The notes under the pieces are model-generated. The model did no database searches and was not told where the DNA came from. It saw only the letters and a list, made by a program, of their open reading frames with translations. Shown piece after piece: positions 13,722-26,592 of a DNA stretch of 64,000 nt (position 1 is its first letter; each line of letters starts with the position of its first letter). Position numbers and translations under genes: made by a program. Origin of the DNA: Pocillopora damicornis (taxonomy: Eukaryota). The stretch lies in contig NW_020843834.1 of assembly GCF_003704095.1 (NCBI RefSeq), forward strand, positions 62,001 through 126,000. Reading direction: 5' to 3'.

Positions 13722-14769
13722 GTAAGACATCGGCTAATGAAAATTATCATTTGTCCAACTGACAATTTTCTACTTTGGTTCAGACAGTCTACTTTTTCCG
13801 AAAAGGGTTTTAAGACTTTCGTGCCTGGCGAACGTCTTAATAAATCAAAAGCCCAAACAATAAGAAAAAAATCCCGACAAAACAAATTCTGTCCATTTTT
13901 TATTATTATTATTTTTAGCTAAACAAATACAAGTGCTATCCACCAAAATATATTCAAGACTCCAATAGGCGTTAGTGGTGTTTGCCGTTGAATCTTTGCT
14001 CTAATTTTTGAACTGTGAATTAACCGCTTAAAAAATTTAAGACATGATGAGTGGGGATTGTTGTGATAAATGTTTAATGGAAAGGAGAATGATGCTGACG
14101 TGTCTGGAACACATATGCCAATCGAGTGCAGCTCAGTCCGTCTTAATCTAAAGACAAAACCAAATCGGGATCAAAGCAGCTTTTTCACGTCTCAATTAAA
14201 AGCGCGCGGGGCCATTTGACTCTTGGTTATGATAATGCCTTATTTCTTTTCCTTTCGGAGTTGATCAACCCTTTGGATTAAGGACTATGATGCATATTTT
14301 CTGTCACAAAGCATAAAAAGTCCTCCAATCATGTTTGTGCCTTTGTTATGTGGTTGAGGGGGTTTGAGATTTAACTGCATTGTTGCGGGGCTAAATGTGT
14401 GAGGCTTTCACATTTCACCCTTACAACCACGCAGTTAAATCTATCGTTCTTAAAAACCTTAAAATTACCTCAAAATGATTCAGAGACTGATACTATCTTT
14501 TCGCAAGACGATTAGGTGACCGATTCTGAGAACACCTTCGCGCCGACATAGAAAGAAATGAAACGGGCGCATCCAAACCAGTCGCTAGACACTTAAATCT
14601 CCTTCACCAATCTAAGCAACATATGGCTGTTTGCGGCCTTTCCCTACACCCAGGCAATTCGGAAAGGCCAAAAACTCAAGAGAAAAATTGTATTTCAAAT
14701 CGATACTCTTACTCTCCACGGTATCAACGAGTGGTTTTTATTCAACTAATTTAATCTTGTTTTCTCGTC

Positions 14770-14935
14770 GCCATATTCCCACTAATAGCGTGGCTCCATT
14801 TCCTGCATGTAAACACACACCACCCACAATTCTTCCAATCACCCTAACGAAGGGCTAACGCTCGAAACATCAGCTTTTAAACTCTTTACGGTAGCCATTT
14901 TACGTTATCAACTCAGTTGACAATACCTATGTTAC
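14770..14935 (+). mobile_element. Penelope-like element terminal fragment with decayed minimal hammerhead core
   Basis: 'ctaacgaagggctaacgctcgaaacatcagcttttaaactctttacggtagccattttacgttatcaactcagttga'. The same family occurs at ~16825-16985, ~23535-23690 and ~45615-45850. Confidence 0.55.
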
Positions 14936-15426
14936 CTATATGTGTAAGCGTTTAAGATGGACCTTTTCTATGACGAATGGGAACTACAGCGAATAGCTAT
15001 TCCGCAGAAATTGCGTATTATAAAGAAAAGAAAAGGCGGGACATAATCTCCTGGATAAGCTTATGACACCGTGGGAAATCTTTTGCTAAAAACAGCAAGG
15101 TTGCGAACATTCTAGAAGTTTATTGGAATCACAATCAGAATTCTCAAGTTCACCAACTTGTCGTAAAATTTTCATATCCGGGAAATGGTTTGTAAATGGC
15201 ATTCAGATCTTAATGACAATATCTGGTTGATTCCTTTTTTTGCGCCGATAATCTTAAGTTGCATGGCGCTGAATAGCTTAGTAATTCAGTGCAAAAATTA
15301 ATGTGTTCTTGATTGACATCAACTTTGTCTTTTTAATTAAATATATTTGCTGTCATAACGAACACAATTCTCATGCTATCATTAGCGGATGAGAATTTTT
15401 GTTTGAAGAGGTAAAGGTATCAATTC

Positions 15427-15512
15427 TATATAATAACAAATGTTCAGAGAAGAAATCTATTAGTGCTCACGTAAGCCGAGAAAGCTGGAAAGGAAGTGTA
15501 TCGCAAGCTCAG
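15427..15512 (+). promoter_or_regulatory. Putative proximal promoter and non-coding exon 1 for GPCR-2
   Basis: TATATAA at 15427, TTAGT at ~15462, CTCAG|GTAAG donor after 15512; an extra duplicated donor at 15739. Confidence 0.55.
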
Positions 15513-17747
15513 GTAAGAAATCGGCACATGAAAATTATCGTTTGTCCAACTGACAATTTCCTACTTTGGTTCAAGTCTAATCTTCCAAAAAGGGTTTTGA
15601 AAGATTTTCGTGCCTGGCGAACGTCTTAATGAATCAAAAGCCCGAACAAGAAAAAAAAAAACAGAAAAAATCCTGACACGACAAATTCTCTCCATTTTTC
15701 TTTTTTTTTTTTTGACTTGAAGTGTATCGTTAGCTAAGGTAAGAAATCAGATTATGAAAATTATCATTTGCCCAAATGAAAGTTTTCTACTTTGGTTCAA
15801 ATAGTGTACTTTTACAAAAAGGGTTTTGAAAGATTTTTGTGCATGGCGAACGTCTTCAAGGATCAAAAGCCCGAACAATAACGAAAAATCCTGAAAAAGC
15901 AAATGCTCTCCATCTTTTAAAAACTTTTAGCTAAAGAAATGGAAGTGTTATACATCAAAAGGTATTCCTGACTCAAATATGCGTTAGTGGTGTCTGTAGT
16001 TGAATCTTTGATCCAATTTTTGAACCGTAAATTAACCGCTTTGAAAATTTCTAGACGTGATGAGTAGGGATTGTTATGATAAATATGGTCAATGATAAAT
16101 GGTCAATGACCAATGGCCAATTCCCAAATAATGGCCGAGAGAATAATGCTGACGTGTCTGGAGTACGTATCAATCGAGCGCAGCCCGGTCCTTCTTAATC
16201 AGTAAAGGCAAAGCCAACTCGGGGTCAAATCAGCTTTTTCCCGCCTTTATTAAAAGCGCGCAAGGCCATTTGACTCTCAGTTAGGATAAAAGCTTATTTC
16301 TTTTCCTTTGAGTTGATCAACCCTTTGAATTAAGGACTATGACGCATATTTTCTATCACAAGGTATAAAAAGTCCTCCAATCATGTCTGTGCCTTTGTTA
16401 CGTGGTTTTGAGGGAGATTTAATAGCATGGTTGCGAGACTGAATGATGCTCTCACATTTTACCCTCACAACCATGCAGTTAAACCGATCATTCTTAAAAA
16501 CTTTAAGTTATTTAAGAACGATTCAGAGACTAGCACTATCTTTTTGCAAGACGACTAGGTGACCGATTCCGAGGACACCTTTGCGCTGACATAGAAAGAA
16601 ATGAAAAGGACGCATCCAAACCAGTCGCTGGACACTTGAATCTTCCTCACCATTCTAAGCACCATATGGCTGTTTAGGGCCTATCCCTATCTCAAGGCAA
16701 TTCGGAAAGCCGCAAAACTCTAGAAAAAAAATTGCACTTCAAATCGGCAGTCTTACTCTCCACGGTATCAACGAGCGGTTTTAATTCAACTAACTTATTC
16801 TTGTTTTCTCGTCACTGTATTTCCACCAATAGCGTAGCTCCATTTCCTGCATAAAAACACACATATGACCCACAATTCTTCCAATCTCTCTCACGAAGGG
16901 CTAATGCTCGAAACGTCAGCTTTTAAGTTCTTTACGGTGGCTAATTTACGTCATCAACTCATTTGATAATACTAACTTACCCTTTGTTACCTATGTGTGA
17001 AAGCTTTTAAGATGCACCTTTTCTATGACGAATGGGAACTACAGCGAATAGCTTTTCAGCGGAAATTGCGTAATATAAAGACATTCAGTTTACAATAGCA
17101 TGTTTCAAAGACCCCTATAGCACTATATTACTGAGAACCTTCACATCTTAGTGGTATAGTTAAAGAACACAGGTGCTTTAACAGACTGGGAATTTTTCAT
17201 CGTAAAATAAGATGTGGTAATTTATGGTGGAGAATGCAATAAAAACGAAGCACTATCGTTTTTCTGACGATGAACTCATTTTTACACACACGCGTCTTTT
17301 CAGTAATACATCACAGATTACGTCAAAATGCCGTACGCCGGTAACAACAAAAAGGTAGCACACAATGCGCAGCACTTGTAAATTTTTCAAAAAATACAAA
17401 TTGTCTTTTTAACGCCAAATTGCACTCAAAATCATGTTATCACCCATGCAAATACCACTTAATGTGATGCACTTTGGGGTGAAAAGCAAGATGTTATTCA
17501 ATAAGTAGGGTATGAAACAAAGAATCATGTAGACCTTCATGTTCCTGAGAGATAGGTGAGAGAACTTATTTAGGTATCGATCACGTGCTGAAGTAAAACG
17601 TGACGAAAGAAAATGGCTAAATTCCTTTTACTCATGAGTTAGCGGCAGTCTCCCATTTTCCACTTCTACAAATTTGAAATATTTTACTAACTTACCAGTG
17701 GACAGTTTTTATTTTAAAGAATGCCTCCGTGCCTTTTTTTCTAGGGA

Positions 17748-18698
17748 ATGGCCGAAGACAGCTTGTTAAATAATTGTTTTATTATCGCCTTCACCATCTC
17801 GATGCTCATTAATTTATTCGGCAACATACTCGTCTGCTTTGTGGTGCTGAAGTTTCGAGACATGCGCATTCCAATGAATTACCTTCTTGTAAATCTTGCA
17901 ATCAGTGATATGATGGTTGGTTTCTTTATGTCCCCGAGGTTCATCTTCGGCCGGATGTTGAATCACCCCGGGGGAACTCTTGGCGACTACTTTTGCAAAA
18001 TCTTAACTGGGGATTCCTTCACCTGGACAGGAGCGTTGGCTTCAGATGTCACTCTGGTCTATATTGCAGTTGAGCGATATCTCTCAATCCGCTTTCCTCA
18101 TAGCAATAAGAAGAGGCTGACGACTAAGAAGCTTAGATACGTCATACCACTTTGCTGGACCTTTGCCCTTGGGGTCAACCTACCACCTTTTTTCTATCTC
18201 AAATACGACAAGAACTCTGGAAGCTGTGTGCCATTTTGGCCGACGCCAAACTTCATAAAATACCACAGTGTCATTAACACCCACATATTCTTTGTTTTTC
18301 CTGTACTGATAATGGGGGTGCTCTACACCCTTCTCATTTATCAACTCTGGTTTAAAAAGAAAACTTCGACCTCGTCTGTGGCTCAACGAGCAGTACTCAA
18401 GTACCGACGTCACTCCACCAAGATGGTGAGTACAGTAAGTTTGATCTACTGCATTTGCTGGTTTCCAAACTGTTTTGTTTACATCTACGTGGCTTACTCA
18501 ACCAAGCAGTTGTTCGGTGCGATTCACACAGCATCGGTTCTGATGGTTTCTCTAAACTCCGCCGTCAATCCGGTGATTTACAGCTTGCAGAGTCATCGAT
18601 TCCGTCGCCACATGGCAGCGTTGTGGAAAAGATGCCATTGCAACAAAGTTTATATTCTTGACAATGGTGGAGAATCAAACGCTGTTCAAACGTCTTAG
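17748..18698 (+). CDS. Class A GPCR, paralog 2 (316 aa)
   Basis: Same motifs as paralog 1 and roughly 90% identical by eye; ATG preceded by acceptor 'ttttttttctag'. Confidence 0.95.
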   Translation: MAEDSLLNNCFIIAFTISMLINLFGNILVCFVVLKFRDMRIPMNYLLVNLAISDMMVGFFMSPRFIFGRMLNHPGGTLGDYFCKILTGDSFTWTGALASDVTLVYIAVERYLSIRFPHSNKKRLTTKKLRYVIPLCWTFALGVNLPPFFYLKYDKNSGSCVPFWPTPNFIKYHSVINTHIFFVFPVLIMGVLYTLLIYQLWFKKKTSTSSVAQRAVLKYRRHSTKMVSTVSLIYCICWFPNCFVYIYVAYSTKQLFGAIHTASVLMVSLNSAVNPVIYSLQSHRFRRHMAALWKRCHCNKVYILDNGGESNAVQTS

Positions 18699-19791
18699 GT
18701 GACATAACTTCAGCCTTCGATTGAACAGATGGGACAGAAGTAAGGTGATTCCTAAAACATATGTCTTTTCCAAGGTTTGCGATGAAATTTTTTTGCATTG
18801 CCGTAACATGTCAAAGAGATTATGAAAATGTCATGCAGAAAGAAGCGCTTGACGCGCACCATTTCATCTATACCCGCTTGTTAAACTCGGTCACGTAAAA
18901 ATATTTGGCCTTTTTACGGATCACGAATAATATCCAAAACGCTTTCAAGTTCACCCGAAATTTAAAAAAATCACGTAGAATTGATATAATACTTTCTTTA
19001 GTCTTAACCAGTCTAACTTGACAAACGATGCTGCAATGTCCTATCTCATTTGTTCAAGAACCATTAGAAATCTGTCTTGTGATTATTATCGATCCATAAG
19101 ATTTCCATCTCTTGTCAAAACCCTTGTCAAAACCTAACCACAACCGTTCGAGAAAAATACGAACATTTCCAAAACGATAAAATAACCGGAAATGCATCAC
19201 GCAAAACAAAATGGTTCACGAATCACGTTTAATTCAGCTCTCAACTCATAGCTCATGCGCGTTCAAATAAAAAAATTCGCCCACGTAGATATCATAAGAT
19301 CTTATCACCATTGATCACGATTCACGGATTCACAAAAAATCAAATCACGATTTACGAGGAAAAAATCACCAATCACCCTTCACGTTAAAAGTATATTTCC
19401 ATCTCAGACAGATGAAAGCTCTCTTTTTTTTTTTTTGACAAATCAAGCAGTATGTATCGATGCATCTCATCAATCATTTGTGTTTTAGAGAAATGAATTT
19501 TGATCACTTTCTCGCTCCTAATCAGATTTAATTTAGTATACAGTGCAAGTGGTGTTGAGAAGTATTTAGTTAGTTAACGTTTAGGGATTTGTTTTAAATA
19601 TTTTAAGCGTTCAGTTAAGATCTGAATTTGATTTCCGAAGTTATTTGGGGTTAAGCTATCACGACAAGTTTCTTGCTTTCGACTTTCTTGTCCAGCGGTC
19701 CCACGGCGGATTTTATTTACTTGAATGTCTTTTCTTGAAGAAGTTGTGTTGTGTTTGATCGTTAAGAGTTTATCTGAATAGGTTCATCCAA

Positions 19792-19963
19792 TAGGCCATT
19801 TCCGTATTACCTTTGGCCTCGTTTTCAAAGCGAGTTCTGGTGCTCATCCTTTCATATAATTATAAGTTTTCATTCACATGCAAATTAATCTCATTTTCAT
19901 ACGAGTGGTTGAGCACCAGGCCTCGTTTTGAAAACGAGGCTGAAGGTAATTCGGAAATGGCCT
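19792..19963. mobile_element. ~170-bp MITE (hairpin)
   Basis: Inverted ends AGGCCATTTCCGTATTACCTT ... AAGGTAATTCGGAAATGGCCT, plus an internal palindrome cctcgttttgaaaacgagg. Confidence 0.7.
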
Positions 19964-19984
19964 GCTCGCAAAGCCTCTCATACT

Positions 19985-20915
19985 GAAAAATTCAAAGAGG
20001 TTTCTCGCCCAGCCGTTGTTAAGAACATAACTTAAAACCGGTATTTTTGGGAAATGTTTGAATCCACTTCCTCAACGAGCGGCCAAAGCCAAAGCATAGA
20101 AGCGTTCGCTCAATGAAGGACCATTCAAGCTATTTCCAAATTAATAAAAGCAGAAGACCTGGGATATTGTTTTTTTTATTTATTTATTTTTTCAGGCATA
20201 GCTTATGATATTATCTATCAATCTTATATTCTCTCCAATGAATCTTCCATTTATGATGCCAGCCTGGTCATGATCGAGAAGATCTGAGATGGCAGATTTT
20301 ATTCGATTAGCAATGGTTTTCACTCCTATTTTGTAGTCATAGTTTAGGATGGTTACTGGGCGCCAATTTTAATGAAGCGTGCATGCAGTTCTGCGTCTTT
20401 TTCAGTATGTGTTTGATAATTCCGCGTCTCTGAGTGATCGAGAGATTTCCAGCTTCGATCATATGCGAAGTTAAGCATATTTATTAGCACTGAAGACAAG
20501 TCCTTCCGGAAAATTTGGTGAAATCGGCAGGCAGTCTATCAGACCCAGGAGTTTTTTCATAATCCATATTTTTCAAAGCTTCTAGGCACTCTTTTTCTGT
20601 TAAAGGTCCTTCACAACTCTCTGCGTCATTATGGTTCAGGATGATGTCGTTTTCCGGCTGAAAAAATTCACTTTCAGGCGGTATATCACATTTTCATGGA
20701 GCTCTGTGTAGAAGGCTTCGCACTCAGCGAGAATTTCGTTATCAGATGTGACAAATTTAAATGACTCATTGTACTCAGTATGAAGTGCATTTTGCAAGAT
20801 TAAGAAAATATTTTATGCTTTTCTCGCCTTCATTGTACCATTTGATTTTGCACCTCGAAAATTTCCCCTAGTGCGCAGTCTCATTATCTCCTCCAGTTCG
20901 CCTTTGAGAGGTTAA
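19985..20915 (-). mobile_element. Degenerate non-LTR retrotransposon (L1/Tx1-type) reverse-transcriptase fragment
   Basis: Minus strand reads NWRPVTILNYDYKIGVKTIANRIKSAISDLLDHDQAGIINGRFIGENIRLIDNIISYA*, then NIPGLLL...LEWSFIERTLLCFGFGRSLRKWIQT...NNGW; stops and frameshifts are present. Confidence 0.85.
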
Positions 20916-22148
20916 AGAGAAGAGAGGTAGAGGTAATAAATCGACTGTGAATCAGGATCACAGCTAAGAACAAAGAATAAAAAAGACTGATCAATCAATT
21001 TACGTCCTGAGCGCCTTCCGCTGAGCAGTACGCTCTGTAGCAACCGTCAGACCTAACACACTATTCCTTTCAATTTTTTAAAATTAATCTCAAAACTGGC
21101 CGAGTATTTTTGCCAAAAATTTTCCATTTGAAAAAGACATTTGCTCGAAAAAATGAGCTTAATGTGAGGAATTTTTTTTATTTCTTTTAGGATTTATTGT
21201 AATAAAGCAAATATGTATAATGTTGGAAATAAGTATATTTCAAGGAAAGATTTTTCATCTTGGACGAAGTCTGTTTTCAAACTTTGTGGTTGGAACGTTT
21301 TAAACTATAATTTATTCTTTTCACGACCAAGTTGGAACATTTATCTGGATTTTATGGTTGGCACCGATACAAGAAGCGTTGGTTTATTGAGCTTCCAAAA
21401 ATTCAAAACAATAGAAAATCTGTAAGTTCAGTATCTCTTCTGTAACATGTTTGACTATCACTGTTTACTAATATGTTCCGAAATAGATTCGTGATTTAAA
21501 AAAAAGAGAGAAGCAGTGATAACTGCTCTTAAACTGAATGTAAGCGGTTTCTATTCGTTTTTCCTCTTTTTTTTTAATCGGTTAGCTAGCGCCAATGCTT
21601 TTCGTCTATTCCCTTCAAATTGGCATGAATAGGATAACTAATACTTTCCCAACCATGATCGTTCTGATATCAAGGATACCATCGCAACAATAGAGCCTCA
21701 TAAAAACATTCTTATCTTCTGTTTTATATTCCTGTATTTCCATAAGAAGATTGACGACCCCGATTTAAGCTCAGAGCCTCCTTAATTTTATTTGATCATT
21801 TAAGGTGGCTTTAGACCGGAAAAAAAATTGCGTAGTTTGAAGTGCTGCCCTGCGTAGGACCCTTGAATGGATCGTGCTTGTGAAAGAGTGCTCAGCTACT
21901 GTGATGAGCATGTCAAAATCCAATTCTGATCAATTTTTTCCATGCTTGTGCCTCATCCTTTATTGTAAAATTAATCCAGCAACTAAGAGCGAATAAGGTA
22001 TATTTTCTCTAATGATGTACCTCCATACAATGTTCAAGCTTTATATCTCCCTAAACAGGCGAATTAGAATCTTGATCAAACAGAAACGGTACCAATATCA
22101 ATACAAACGGTTCTCAATAGTAGTTTCGACGGGTAATTTAACCAAAGC

Positions 22149-22238
22149 TATATGATAAGAAGTGTTGCGTGAAGATCATCAGTAGCGTATACGTAAGCCA
22201 GGAAGCAATTATATTTAGGAAGTATATCGAAAGCTTAG
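22149..22238 (+). promoter_or_regulatory. Putative promoter and non-coding exon 1 for GPCR-3
   Basis: TATATGATAA at 22149, Inr TCAGT at ~22181, 'tatcgaaagcttag|gtgag' donor followed by the conserved intron start 'ataatgaaaaattatcatttt..caact'. Confidence 0.5.
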
Positions 22239-23094
22239 GTGAGAGGTTGAATAATGAAAAATTATCATTTTCCCAACTCAAAATTAGAAGAATCGTATCT
22301 TAAGAATTATACATAAATGTATTTTGTCCCTGCCGTTTCACATTTTCTGATTAAGAAAAAATAAAGGCTTAGTTGATATACTTGCCTGTAAAACGCTGAC
22401 AACCTGAACTAACAAGAAATCGTAAATAAGGCGTCGAAAAAGAAGAACATGAGGTCTACCGCTGAGTTTTTCTCTTCTTGATCTTTTAAATTAGCAATGT
22501 TCTGTCGCATTTAGTTAAAGCTGAAGATAGTAGTCGTTCTCACTATTCTTCGCGCAACTAACACTTGTAACAAGATATCACATTATTCAAGAGAAAAGAC
22601 TGCTACTGATTGCTAACCTGTGACATAACTAAGTTCATCTCTACTTCTTTCAGTCTCTTTTATCTTAGAGAGAGAGAGAGGTACGCGTCATCGCGATACA
22701 TTGTTCTATTGCCACAACGATTTTTTGGCCTGGCAGAAAAATGGGTGTGAGGATCATCAAATGACAGCGTTGTCAAAAGATAATCATGCGGAAGGCACTT
22801 CAGTTGTATTCGAAAGATATTGAGGTGAAGTTCGTCGGGGCATCGGGAAACGGGTCAGGCCGCAAGAATACTTAGGTTGAGTTTTTCAATGAGATACAAC
22901 TCAAATGTTCTAAAAGGTTTTATTTATTTACTCGTTCATAGCGCCTAACGAGTACAACAAACATAAAAATTTAAAAATCCGGCCAGTTCTGACTCGTTTT
23001 GGCGCTTTTTCTTTTCCCATAAATGTCAGCCTAACAGGTGATGGATCAACTATGTCCGATCGCAACACTTCAGAACATTGAATTCGGCTCCGCT

Positions 23095-23305
23095 TTAACC
23101 CTTTAACTTCCATAAGTGATCAAGACAGAATTTCTCCATACAATATAAATACAATATCAAGTAGACGAATGATGAGAATAAAGAACAATATCAATTAGGG
23201 AAGTATAAGTTGATCCAATACTAAATTCTCCAAACTAACCTCACAATAAGGGTATGGAAGACAGTAAGAAGAATTACCAATGAGATCTTGGGAGTTAAAG
23301 GGTTA
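23095..23305. mobile_element. ~200-bp TTAA-flanked MITE (piggyBac-like CCC termini); representative of a family with about 15 or more copies in the window
   Basis: TTAA|CCCTTTAACTTCC ... GGGAGTTAAAGGG|TTAA. Related copies near 28170, 33420, 34450, 38390, 42765, 45945, 47785, 48635, 52050, 53740, 59510-60130, 60476, 61203, 63215 and 63690. Confidence 0.8.
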
Positions 23306-23534
23306 ATTGAATGAGTTTTTCTACGACAACATTTTTCCATTTTAGCACTCTTGGACTGATGATCCTGATTGCGACTGAATATATTGAAAAAATAAAAGCT
23401 TTTGCTTCTAAAAGCAATCGAAGCCCGCAGATGAATCAAAATTTCTGTTCTATGTCTGTTTGTTTGTTTTTTTTTTGTTAACACTTCTTTGCTACCTTGG
23501 TGTTTTGTCTCGCACAACAAGAGACGCCGAAAAA

Positions 23535-23695
23535 TTGGCCACCGTAAAGAGTTTCAAAGCTGACACTTCGAGTGTTAGCCCTTCGTCACAGAGAATGGTA
23601 GTATGGAATGGTGTTTCGCTCGAAATGTCAGCTTCGAAACTCTTTACGGAAGCCAATTTACGTTATCAGCTCAGTTGATAATACCAAATTATAAA
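23535..23695. mobile_element. Penelope-like termini in inverted (head-to-head) arrangement
   Basis: 'aaattggccaccgtaaagagtttcaaagctgacacttcgag' followed by its inverted counterpart 'ctcgaaatgtcagcttcgaaactctttacgg..ccaatttacgttatc'. Confidence 0.55.
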
Positions 23696-25979
23696 GTTAC
23701 CACATTGAATATTCTAACCTGCCAGACTGAGAACCTTTACATATGCGCTTTTTAGGCCGTATCACTTTTCTTTCGTGTGCTCTAAGAACACTCTATAACC
23801 ACTGACACATTTCATTGGCGAGCGAACCCTCTAACATGTTAAAATGGCTCTTTACAGTCGTGTATTTTAAGAACAACAGTATTTCTCAAGAGTGACAATT
23901 TTACATCGTAGAGTAGAATGTAGTCAATCAGTCAATCATCTTGGCGCGCGCGGAAATGTGTACTGTAGTACGTCTCTTTTGTACTAGTCCTTTCTGATTA
24001 TTTTATTTTAAACCATTCAAGGTATAACGAGGTGGTAGCAAACGAACCAAAGCAAATTGAAGAGAAACGGAACGATAAAGACAATTGTGACTAAACAGGA
24101 TCAGCAGCAAATACATTAAACTTAAACAGATGCAGAACTGCTGGAACAATCACTGCTAAGGCGAGATAAGCTGTCATGTAAAGCGCTTCATCCTCAAAAA
24201 CAAGGACTGTTTTTTAGGACTCAACCATTTATTTGCACATTTTCCAACACGGGGTTGCGTAAATCATCAGACTTAAACGTTACTATAAATACCACAATGA
24301 AAGGCGAAGTTCACCTTGCTGTCCCATCCTCCCATTTTCCTTCATAACCACTTGAGATAGTTGTGGGACAAGCTCTGAAAACGCCCTCATTTACTCTTAG
24401 TATGTAAATACAAGACCTCTATAATTGCACTAGAAAACTTTCTTTTCCACGTTTCTTTTTTAACTTCATATATCATTGACCAGGTAACTTTAACGTAGGC
24501 TTAGTTAATTAAGATTTTGCAATTTTGTGTCATATCTTCCTAACATGACGCTTTCAAGAGCAAAGTAATCGCCAGATTTTCCTGTAAACAAGATATTGAC
24601 AAAGTACCCTTCAGGAAAAAAAAAAAAAGTTATATTTCGTCTCATTATACTTGAAGTTTTGAGAAACTTAAGAGCCGCGAAGCCACTTTGCTCTACATTC
24701 AGTTTATACTGCCAGAAAAGAAATTTTACCTTTAAGTTTAGTTTTCGTGTTATTACTACTACAAGGAAAGAAATAAGAAATTGAATTACGTTATATACAC
24801 TAAAAAGTGAAAAAAAAGAGTGACATTTTTTTTAATTTAGTCTCTGTGACCTGATAAATTTTTAATCTGCATGCAAAGATGCTGAAAGGAAAACTTCAAG
24901 GTTTCTTCAAGGTTTCAACCTTTTTGTTTCAGCCCGTTTGTGAGCAAATAGATTAACTTACTCCTCATAAAGGAAAGGAATCATTTTGTTTAATCAGCTG
25001 ATATATACGGTCAGGATATATTTATACAACCAAAAAAAAAAATAAGGAAAAGGATAACATCAGATACATGTCACAACAATATTTGGAGAAAGAATTACGT
25101 TTGTTTGTTGTTTTTTAAATTTGAATTACAGTTCGTTATTACGGGATAAATTACAATCTGTATCACAAGATATTCAAAGAAAAAGCCTCAATGAAAAGAA
25201 TTTTTAGCGCCGATTTTTAGGGCGTTCTTCAAAATCTCAGCTTTTTTCCTCCAGCGTGTTCGTGCTCAAATAAGCTTGTGCGGGTGGTTCAATTTACTTG
25301 TCAAAAAACTAGGTCAATATTATACTTAGTAAAAAAAACACAATTTCTTGCGTACAGTTTTTTCTTGATTATCGAGAACTTGATTAAATACTTATGACGC
25401 ATATTTGCACTTATACTGTACACAGAGCACCAGTAATACATATATCTGCTTGAAATCGCAAATGAGTATCTCACTTCACCCAACGGTTCAAGACATTAAG
25501 AAGTTTAAGCCCCGCATCCGTGGAAGTTCTCTGAAAAAAACACAAAAAGCTAGTTGAAACGTGTAGCGAATCTTTAGCCGGTAAGATAAAAGATTTTATT
25601 CAACATTTTCGTTTACCCAAATGAAATACTATTTGATGTCACTCTGAACATCCTAAGAAAAAAGCCAATTAATGAAATTAGCTTGTATCGTTTCAAATGG
25701 TTGGCTATTCAAAAGTTATCCATTTTGTAAATTTTACTCGCCACCCGTAACCGTGAAAACGCATTACAACATATGAAATGACCAAAAAATGTCCGACGGC
25801 GCCCAGACAGAAGGGAACGGCTTGCGATAGGATAGAGTCGCATTTTCTTTTCCTGCTTGATTAAGCAAAGTCTCATCCAGAGCTGATTTTATCTGAAAGT
25901 AATTCTGTGATTGGAAAACACTCAATGCAACTACTTGCGAGGCATTTCTTCTGAAATAATTTTTTTCGTAAGGTGTGGT

Positions 25980-26280
25980 CGTCCACTTTCCCTTAATCTC
26001 TTCAATTTTTTTTTATTTGTTTTTGTTTCTGGGTTCTTAAGCAAATTGAAGCTGTGTATCTGACAATGGCAACTAGAAAGAGCGTTATGAGAGTTCTGGG
26101 AAACATTTTACATTTTTCGGTCGTCATTATGAAAAATAACACACACTTAATCTCTTCAGTTTTTTTTAACTGTTTCTCAGTTCCTGGACAAGCCACGACT
26201 ATATATCTGACAATAGCTACTAGAAAGAACATTATCAGTGCTCTACGAAACATTTTACGTTTTATGGGTCGTACTCTGCA
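25980..26280. repeat. Two-copy ~150-bp degenerate tandem repeat
   Basis: 'cttaatctcttca.ttttttt...tatctgacaat.gc.actagaaaga...aaacattttac.ttt..ggtcgt' occurs twice. Confidence 0.7.
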
Positions 26281-26592
26281 AAATAACAGAAATTTGTTTT
26301 CGTAGTTCCATATGGTTCGCAAAAGGCCCAATCAAATCGGAAAAGAACCTCTGAAAATAAACACCCACGCATGACGTTCTTAAGTGACTGGATGTGAGCT
26401 CAGCACATTTTTTTGTGGCCAGTTAGACTTGTCATGATCATGATCAGCGAACTATTTCTCAAGTCAGGATGGCCAATCGTTTACCATCTACTCGCATGAT
26501 GCCTAAGATTCAAATCAAAACTTATAACAGTAATATGTATTTTCAGTTTGACGATGACCTTTATGAACTTTTTTCCCTTCTTTGTTTAGAAA

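Larger units (their letters stand above)
13250..17085 (+). repeat. Tandem duplication of a ~1.8-2.0 kb unit (13250-15030 and 15045-17085) carrying the GPCR-2 promoter/first exon; homologous to ~4200-5660
   Basis: Collinear matches, e.g. 'aatcagaattctcaagttcaccaacttg' and 'ccttttctatgacgaatgggaactacagcgaatagct', in both copies. The second copy has an extra ~200-bp internal duplication (~15500-15930). Confidence 0.85.

Noticed and set aside
26002-26331. Overlapping hydrophobic ORFs upstream of GPCR-3
   Set aside because: Product of a two-copy non-coding tandem repeat inside the predicted leader intron.
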